This document shows, piece by piece, positions 26,282 through 32,000 of a stretch of 32,000 nt of DNA. The DNA comes from Legionella bononiensis (GTDB taxonomy: Bacteria > Pseudomonadota > Gammaproteobacteria > Legionellales > Legionellaceae), in the NCBI RefSeq assembly GCF_016786415.1, contig NZ_JADWVN010000016.1; one strand, 5' to 3'. The notes below the pieces were generated by a model, which searched no databases, was not told where the DNA came from, and saw nothing but the letters and a program-made list of their open reading frames with translations. Both the position numbers and the translations under genes were made by a program. The first letter of the stretch is position 1. Each line of letters begins with the position of its first letter.

Positions 26282-28135
26282 ATGCCTCTGAATCAGTCGT
26301 TCAAAAATTATCGAGCAGAATCACAAAATCAGCGTTTCAGGCTTAATTTATTAGTAGCTATATTAATCATATTGTCATTAATATTGGTTCTTAGATTGGC
26401 TTATCTGCAAATATCGGAATTCAAACGCTATCAAACCCTGTCTTTAAAAAATCAAATGAGTATTATTCCTATAGCGCCACCCAGAGGCGTGATTCTTGAC
26501 CGTAATGGGGTATTACTGGCAGAGAACGTTCCCGTTTATGTACTCGAAATAATTCCAGAGCATGTGAGTAACATGAAAAAAACTCTGGCTAAACTTCGTG
26601 AGTTACTCCCTTCTATCACTGATGATGATGTAGAAACATTTAATCGCGCGCGATCACAAAACCGCTCATTTGTTCCCATTCCAATCAAGCTCAAGTTAAG
26701 CCAGGAAGAAGTAGCTGTTTTCGCAATCAATCAATACCACTTTAAAGGAGTGAGTATCAAAGCTCGATTAATGCGCCATTATCCACTGGGTGAAATGACA
26801 GCTCATGCATTAGGTTATGTAGGCAGAATCAATATTGACGAACTAAAGAAAGTGGATCCTACCAACTACCGAGCAACCAATTTCATCGGTAAAGCAGGTG
26901 TAGAAAAATATTATGAAGACATACTTCATGGCAAAGTAGGCTACCAAATGACTGAAACTGATGTCAGTGGGCGTACACTTCGAGTCATCAACAAAGTGAA
27001 TCCTCATTCAGGTGCCAAACTCTACCTCAGCCTTGATGTGAGATTGCAGGAGGCTGCCTATAACGCGCTTAAAGATAAACGCGGCGCTGTAGTCGTCATT
27101 AATTCTCACAATGGTGAAATATTGGCCATGGTGAGCTCGCCCAGTTTTGATCCCAATATCTTTGTCGGTGGGGTCAGCACAAAGGATTATAAAATTTTGT
27201 CCAATGCCCTACAAAGACCTCTATTTAATCGAGCGGTACGCGGAGTATATCCTCCAGCCTCGACGATTAAACCATTTGTAGGATTGGCTGGTTTGGATAA
27301 AGGGTTCGTGACTACAGCCACTGAAATCTGGGATCCAGGTAAATTCAAACTGCCTACAGCCAGTCATGTATACCGTGATTGGAAAAAAACAGGACATGGT
27401 GTTATTAACTTTAAACGAGCGATTACTGTATCCTGTGATACCTATTTCTATCAACTCGGCCATAAAATGGGAATAGCCAATATAGAAGACATGTTGGTTA
27501 AATTTGGCTTGGGTCAATTAACCCATGTAGATCTCCATGAAGAAGCCAATGGAATCATTCCCAGTGCACGCTGGAAAAAGCAAACTAAAGGTGTTTCCTG
27601 GTACCCCGGTGATACGTTAATCTCCGCAATTGGACAAGGGTTCATGTTAGCAACTCCTTTACAAATGGCTAATGCAACAGCCTCATTAAGCCAGCATGGA
27701 CAAAGATTCAGACCTCATTTACTGACTAAAACAGTCAATAGTGATAACGGTGAAATTGATGAATACAAACCCGTTGAGGAATACCCTGTCTATCTTAAAG
27801 ATGAATCCAATTGGGACGTGGTTGCCGAAGCCATGCATAATGTATTGACCAGTAACGAAGGAACTGGATATCGATTTGGCCGCAATCCACCGTACCCTGT
27901 TGCCGGAAAAACTGGAACAGCGCAAGTATTCAGCGGAAGACAATATGAAAAAACAAAATATGAAGACATCCCGGAAGCACTTCGGGATAATTCGTTATTT
28001 ATAGCCTTTACCCCCGTGGACAAACCGGACATAGCTATTGCGGTGGTAGTAGAAAATGATGTCATTGCATCAACAGTAGCTCGTAAAGTCCTGGACGCCT
28101 ATTACCAAATACATCCAATTAAAGTGAATCCATGA
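26282..28135 (+). CDS. mrdA: Penicillin-binding protein 2 (elongasome D,D-transpeptidase)
   Basis: N-terminal TM anchor, active-site STIKP (SxxK), SCD (SxN/D-type) and KTGTA (KTG) motifs. Followed by rodA with an ATGA overlap. Confidence 0.92.
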   Translation: MPLNQSFKNYRAESQNQRFRLNLLVAILIILSLILVLRLAYLQISEFKRYQTLSLKNQMSIIPIAPPRGVILDRNGVLLAENVPVYVLEIIPEHVSNMKKTLAKLRELLPSITDDDVETFNRARSQNRSFVPIPIKLKLSQEEVAVFAINQYHFKGVSIKARLMRHYPLGEMTAHALGYVGRINIDELKKVDPTNYRATNFIGKAGVEKYYEDILHGKVGYQMTETDVSGRTLRVINKVNPHSGAKLYLSLDVRLQEAAYNALKDKRGAVVVINSHNGEILAMVSSPSFDPNIFVGGVSTKDYKILSNALQRPLFNRAVRGVYPPASTIKPFVGLAGLDKGFVTTATEIWDPGKFKLPTASHVYRDWKKTGHGVINFKRAITVSCDTYFYQLGHKMGIANIEDMLVKFGLGQLTHVDLHEEANGIIPSARWKKQTKGVSWYPGDTLISAIGQGFMLATPLQMANATASLSQHGQRFRPHLLTKTVNSDNGEIDEYKPVEEYPVYLKDESNWDVVAEAMHNVLTSNEGTGYRFGRNPPYPVAGKTGTAQVFSGRQYEKTKYEDIPEALRDNSLFIAFTPVDKPDIAIAVVVENDVIASTVARKVLDAYYQIHPIKVNP

Positions 28136-29250
28136 ACAGACATCATTCTAAACCCGTATATCGATTTACAGCAAAAGCTTTGCATATGGATTTTCCATTG
28201 CTGGGTTTGTTACTGACTTTAATTACCTTTGGACTGTTAATACTCTATAGCGCTTCCAATGCGAATATGGGCATGATTTTGCGTCAGTCCATGAGACTCA
28301 TAATCGCCACTTTGATTATGCTGGTTCTCGGCTTTATTCCCCCTCATAAGTACAAGATCTGGACTCCATGGATCTATGGAATTGGTTTAGGGCTTCTCCT
28401 GGCTGTAATGTTAATGGGTAAAATTGGTAAAGGAGCACAGCGTTGGCTCGAATTGGGTCTGTTCCGCTTCCAACCTTCTGAGATAATGAAACTTGCTGTT
28501 CCCATGATGGCAGCCTGGTACTTTGACCGACAAGCTCATCCCGGAAGTATCCGATCGATATCTGTTGCCTCAATAATCATTTTTATTCCCGCACTGTTAA
28601 TCGCCAAACAACCAGATTTGGGGACAGCGATCATGGTAGCTGCAGCAGGCTTATGTGTGGTATTTCTCGCTGGAATTCGTTTTAAATTTATTTTATTACT
28701 TGTCGTACTGATGGGCTTGGCAGTTCCTGTGGTATGGCATGTAATGCATGACTATCAAAAGCAACGTGTTTATACCCTTCTTGATCCGGAACAGGATCCA
28801 CTTGGTTCAGGTTATCATATTATCCAATCAAAAATAGCTATCGGCTCTGGTGGTCTAATGGGCAAAGGCTGGTTGGAAGGCAGCCAGTCACATCTGAATT
28901 TTTTACCAGAGCATGCGACAGACTTTATCTTTGCTGTAAGTGGTGAAGAGTTTGGATTTGCAGGAGGGTTTGCGATTATCGCACTCATAGTTTTGATTTC
29001 TCTTAGAAGCTTGAATATCGCCAGCAATGCCCAAACTACATTTACCCGTTTGCTTGCGGCCAGTCTCGCCATGTCCTTCTTTTTATCAGGTTTTGTTAAT
29101 ATCGGCATGGTCATGGGAATCATTCCTGTCGTAGGCATCCCTCTTCCTCTGGTCAGTTATGGTGGTACCGCAATGGTAACCTTTTTAGCCAGTTTTGGGA
29201 TATTAATGTCAATCAGCTCACATCGGATTTTATTCAACAGCTTGAATTAA
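28132..29250 (+). CDS. rodA: SEDS peptidoglycan glycosyltransferase RodA
   Basis: About 10 TM helices. Conserved SEDS blocks (RFQPSEIMKL, QPDLGTA, TDFIFAVSGEEFGF, PLPLVSYGGTAM). Confidence 0.92.
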   Translation: MNRHHSKPVYRFTAKALHMDFPLLGLLLTLITFGLLILYSASNANMGMILRQSMRLIIATLIMLVLGFIPPHKYKIWTPWIYGIGLGLLLAVMLMGKIGKGAQRWLELGLFRFQPSEIMKLAVPMMAAWYFDRQAHPGSIRSISVASIIIFIPALLIAKQPDLGTAIMVAAAGLCVVFLAGIRFKFILLLVVLMGLAVPVVWHVMHDYQKQRVYTLLDPEQDPLGSGYHIIQSKIAIGSGGLMGKGWLEGSQSHLNFLPEHATDFIFAVSGEEFGFAGGFAIIALIVLISLRSLNIASNAQTTFTRLLAASLAMSFFLSGFVNIGMVMGIIPVVGIPLPLVSYGGTAMVTFLASFGILMSISSHRILFNSLN

Positions 29251-29289
29251 TCGAATCAGCAAATCGATTCATAACCTAATTCGAACCTT

Positions 29290-29412
29290 GGTGAAAAGTC
29301 AGATTTGAGTGCAGGTTGGGTGAAAAAATCTCTAAAAAAGCGCAGCATAGATGGCTATGTGAGCATTTTTTAGAGAGCTTTTCGCCCAAGATGCGCCAAA
29401 TATGGCTTTTCC
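29290..29412. repeat. About 123-bp long imperfect palindrome between convergent rodA and rnhB
   Basis: Perfect 11-bp inner stem tctctaaaaaa (29329-29339) with ttttttagaga (29366-29376). Apical stem catag/ctatg. The outer arms of about 39 nt (29290-29328 versus 29377-29412) pair at roughly three quarters of positions, with a few bulges and G-U pairs. Confidence 0.6.
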
Positions 29413-29436
29413 TTGAGCTGTGATGAATAGTTACAG

Positions 29437-30006
29437 TCAAAGCAACGCGGCAACAGGCGCATAGCTTCGTCTATGAATAGTGCATGGACCCAGGCGAATC
29501 AAAGCCTCTCTGTGCGCAACTGTTGGATAACCTTTATGACCAGCAAAGCCATATCCGGGGTATATTTTATCAAGTTCTTCCATTTCCTCGTCACGTAATA
29601 CCTTAGCCAAAATAGAGGCGGCGCTAATCGCGGGAATCAAACTGTCTCCCTGCACAATCGCTTTACACGGCATACTGATTCTTGGAATATGTATGCCATC
29701 CACCAGAACGGCTTCTGGTTGAATCGGTAAGGCTTCTATAGCACGCTGCATTGCCAGTAAGGTAGCATGATGTATATTTAATTCATCAATTTCTTCTACT
29801 TCAGCACGCCCATAAGCAAAAGCTAAAGCCTTTTCCTGAATTTGTAACGACAACAGCTTTCGTTTTTTCTCACTCAGTTTCTTTGAATCAGCCAGCCCCT
29901 CAATAGGTTCTTTTAAAATTACAGCCGCGGTAATTACAGCCCCTGCTAAGGGACCACGCCCTACTTCATCCACTCCCGCCAACAACAGTACCTTATCAAA
30001 ATCCAT
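29437..30006 (-). CDS. rnhB: Ribonuclease HII
   Basis: [19 protein letters not shown] (DEVGRG catalytic motif), DSKKLS and ASILAKV..D are all classic RNase HII blocks. Confidence 0.92.
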   Translation of the reverse strand: MDFDKVLLLAGVDEVGRGPLAGAVITAAVILKEPIEGLADSKKLSEKKRKLLSLQIQEKALAFAYGRAEVEEIDELNIHHATLLAMQRAIEALPIQPEAVLVDGIHIPRISMPCKAIVQGDSLIPAISAASILAKVLRDEEMEELDKIYPGYGFAGHKGYPTVAHREALIRLGPCTIHRRSYAPVAALL

Positions 30007-30113
30007 TGCATTGCTCTCTGCTAATAGTAAGGTGTAAGATAATACCTAGATAAAATTGATTTATCACCTAAGAAATGCGATCATGCGTACAAATAATTAT
30101 CAAATGATTAGCA

Positions 30114-31076
30114 ATGAGTAAAATTCGATGCGCAGTAATTGGTGTCGGCTATCTAGGTCGATTTCATGCACAAAAATATCAATCAATTCCTAATGCTGAA
30201 TTAGTTGGTGTTTGTGATGTTAACCCTGATGTAAGTAAAGCAGTAGCACAGGAGCTTAATGTTACTCCGTTTTTTGATTACCGTGATTTATTTGGCAAAG
30301 TAGATGCGGTGAATATAGCAGCCACTACAAACAAGCATTTTGAAATTGCAAAAGCCTTTTTAGAGCAAGGCATACATGTATTAGTAGAAAAGCCTATCAC
30401 TGAAACTGTGGCTCAGGCGGAAGAATTAATTCATATAGCGGCTATTCATAACGCCAAATTACAGGTTGGACATCTGGAGCGATTCAATTCTGCCCGGCTT
30501 GCGGTAGATCCTTATCTCGAAATCCCTTTATTTATTGAATCTGAACGTCTGGCTCCATTCAATCCTCGAGGAACAGATGTAAACGTCATACTGGATTTAA
30601 TGATCCATGATATTGATATTATTCAGAACATGGTAAAAAGCCCAATCACTTCTATTGTTGCCCAGGGCACACCTATTTTAACTAAGGCAATTGATATAGC
30701 CAACGCCAGAATCACCTTTGAAAATCATTGCGTCGCCAATGTAACAGCCAGCCGCATCAGTTTTAAAACTGAACGTAAAACACGAATCTTTCAACACAAC
30801 TCTTATATTTCTATTGATTATCATAAAAAACAATTCGCTGTTTTTAAAAAAGGGAATGGTGAAATGTTTCCCGGAATTCCTGATATTACCAGCGTCTCCC
30901 AGGAGTTCGAAAAAGGCGATGCTTTATTGGAAGAAATAAAAGCGTTTATTAACTGTATTGAACAGGACAGTCTTCCATTGGTTACTGGAGAGGAAGGACG
31001 GTATGCTCTTGAAACAGCGGAGCAAATAACGGCGCTAATTCATAATAATCTCACTGAACGTTATGCAGAAACCTAA
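30114..31076 (+). CDS. Gfo/Idh/MocA-family NAD-dependent oxidoreductase, possibly GnnA-like UDP-GlcNAc 3-dehydrogenase
   Basis: N-terminal Rossmann motif IGVGYLGRFHA and the EKP motif (VLVEKPI) typical of Gfo/Idh/MocA. The 3' end overlaps the lpxB start by 14 nt. The GnnA call is inferred from context. Confidence 0.8.
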   Translation: MSKIRCAVIGVGYLGRFHAQKYQSIPNAELVGVCDVNPDVSKAVAQELNVTPFFDYRDLFGKVDAVNIAATTNKHFEIAKAFLEQGIHVLVEKPITETVAQAEELIHIAAIHNAKLQVGHLERFNSARLAVDPYLEIPLFIESERLAPFNPRGTDVNVILDLMIHDIDIIQNMVKSPITSIVAQGTPILTKAIDIANARITFENHCVANVTASRISFKTERKTRIFQHNSYISIDYHKKQFAVFKKGNGEMFPGIPDITSVSQEFEKGDALLEEIKAFINCIEQDSLPLVTGEEGRYALETAEQITALIHNNLTERYAET

Positions 31077-32000
31077 ACACATAGTCATTATTGCAGGTGA
31101 AGAATCTGGTGATATTCATGCATCCGTTCTGATTAAACAGTTAAAAGCTGCTTATCCTGATATACGCATCAGTGGAATTGGTGGTAAACACATGCAAGAA
31201 GCCGGTGCTGAACTGGTATCTGATCTTGCACGTTATGGAGTTACTGGCTTAACAGAGGTTGTTCGCTATTTAAATATAATCCGTAAAGCGTTAAATGCTA
31301 TTAAAAAACATCTTGAAACGCAAAAGCCTGATTTGTTAATTCTTGTCGATTACCCGGGTTTTAATTTAAGACTAGCCAAGTATGCCAAAAAAGAATTAGG
31401 TCTTAAAATACTCTATTATATCAGCCCGCAGATTTGGGCCTGGAAAGCAAATCGCATTCATACAATTAAAGAATGTATTGATAGAATGGCCGTGATTTTG
31501 CCTTTTGAAAAATCCATTTATGAAAAAGCAGGTGTACCAGTAAGCTTTGTAGGTCATCCCCTGGTAGAAAAAATGTCTCTAAGTACCGATACACTATCCA
31601 GCAGAGCTGCATTGGAACTGCCTATGGAAGCACGTATCTTTGCCTTACTTCCAGGTAGTCGTACCCATGAAATAGAACGTCACATGCCTGTTCTTAGAGA
31701 CACGGCTAAACTAATACATCAAAAAGACCCCGGCATTCATTTTGTTATCCCAATTGCTGGAACTATTAATGCAGATAAAATTACTTCTTATTTTACTGGA
31801 TTGAATCTACCCGTGACCTATATTAAAGGAAAAGCTGTCGAATGCATGTCCGCAGCAAACTTTGTAATTGTTGCATCTGGAACCGCTTCACTCGAATGCG
31901 CCCTTCTCGAAAAACCCATGTGCATTATCTATAAATCCTCATTCTTAACCTATCACATGGCAATGCTTCTGATTAAAGTTAAATTTCTTGGTCTGTGTAA
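31063..32000 (+). CDS. lpxB: Lipid-A-disaccharide synthase LpxB, 3' end truncated by the window edge (absent from the ORF track)
   Basis: Manual translation from the ATG at 31063 gives MQKPKHIVIIAGEESGDIHASVLIKQLK...DYPGFNLRLAKYAKK...YYISPQIWAWKANR...LPFEK..FVGHPL, with no stop before nt 32000. Confidence 0.9.
   Translation, partial: MQKPKHIVIIAGEESGDIHASVLIKQLKAAYPDIRISGIGGKHMQEAGAELVSDLARYGVTGLTEVVRYLNIIRKALNAIKKHLETQKPDLLILVDYPGFNLRLAKYAKKELGLKILYYISPQIWAWKANRIHTIKECIDRMAVILPFEKSIYEKAGVPVSFVGHPLVEKMSLSTDTLSSRAALELPMEARIFALLPGSRTHEIERHMPVLRDTAKLIHQKDPGIHFVIPIAGTINADKITSYFTGLNLPVTYIKGKAVECMSAANFVIVASGTASLECALLEKPMCIIYKSSFLTYHMAMLLIKVKFLGLC

Overview
AT-rich gammaproteobacterial chromosomal window. 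Gene content and protein sequences look Legionellales-like, but that taxon call is inference. I saw no rRNA, tRNA, CRISPR array, IS element or integrase. Left flank: mnmA (5' end cut by the window edge), erpA, a small secreted YkuD-type L,D-transpeptidase and a secreted Cys-containing protein. These are followed by a tightly coupled minus-strand chain hutU-hutH-ALDH-SDR-rnhA-dnaQ. Centre (about 9.7-23.7 kb): a complete, co-directional 16-gene MSHA-type type IV pilus locus on the minus strand, ordered mshG, mshF, five Glu5 prepilins plus one large non-Glu5 PilX/MshP-like protein, then mshI (PilM-like), a PilN-like gene, mshJ, K, L, M, N, E. Right flank: POT-family peptide transporter, rsfS-rlmH-mrdA-rodA, rnhB, then a Gfo/Idh/MocA oxidoreductase (GnnA-like) overlapping lpxB, which runs off the 3' edge and is missing from the ORF track. 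The best candidate for something undescribed is the 501-aa pilus protein at 18810-20315. It combines a cap-like pseudopilin N-terminus lacking Glu5 with a C-terminal repeat domain in which nearly every repeat carries a Cys pair; this looks like a beta-propeller and is a putative pilus-tip adhesin occupying the MshP/MshQ position. Other items: tandem c-di-GMP-binding MshEN motifs in MshE; an 11-mer motif shared by two msh upstream regions; two long intergenic palindromes; the unusual operon context of rnhA/dnaQ. All homology statements come from reading the translations by eye, and no searches were run.
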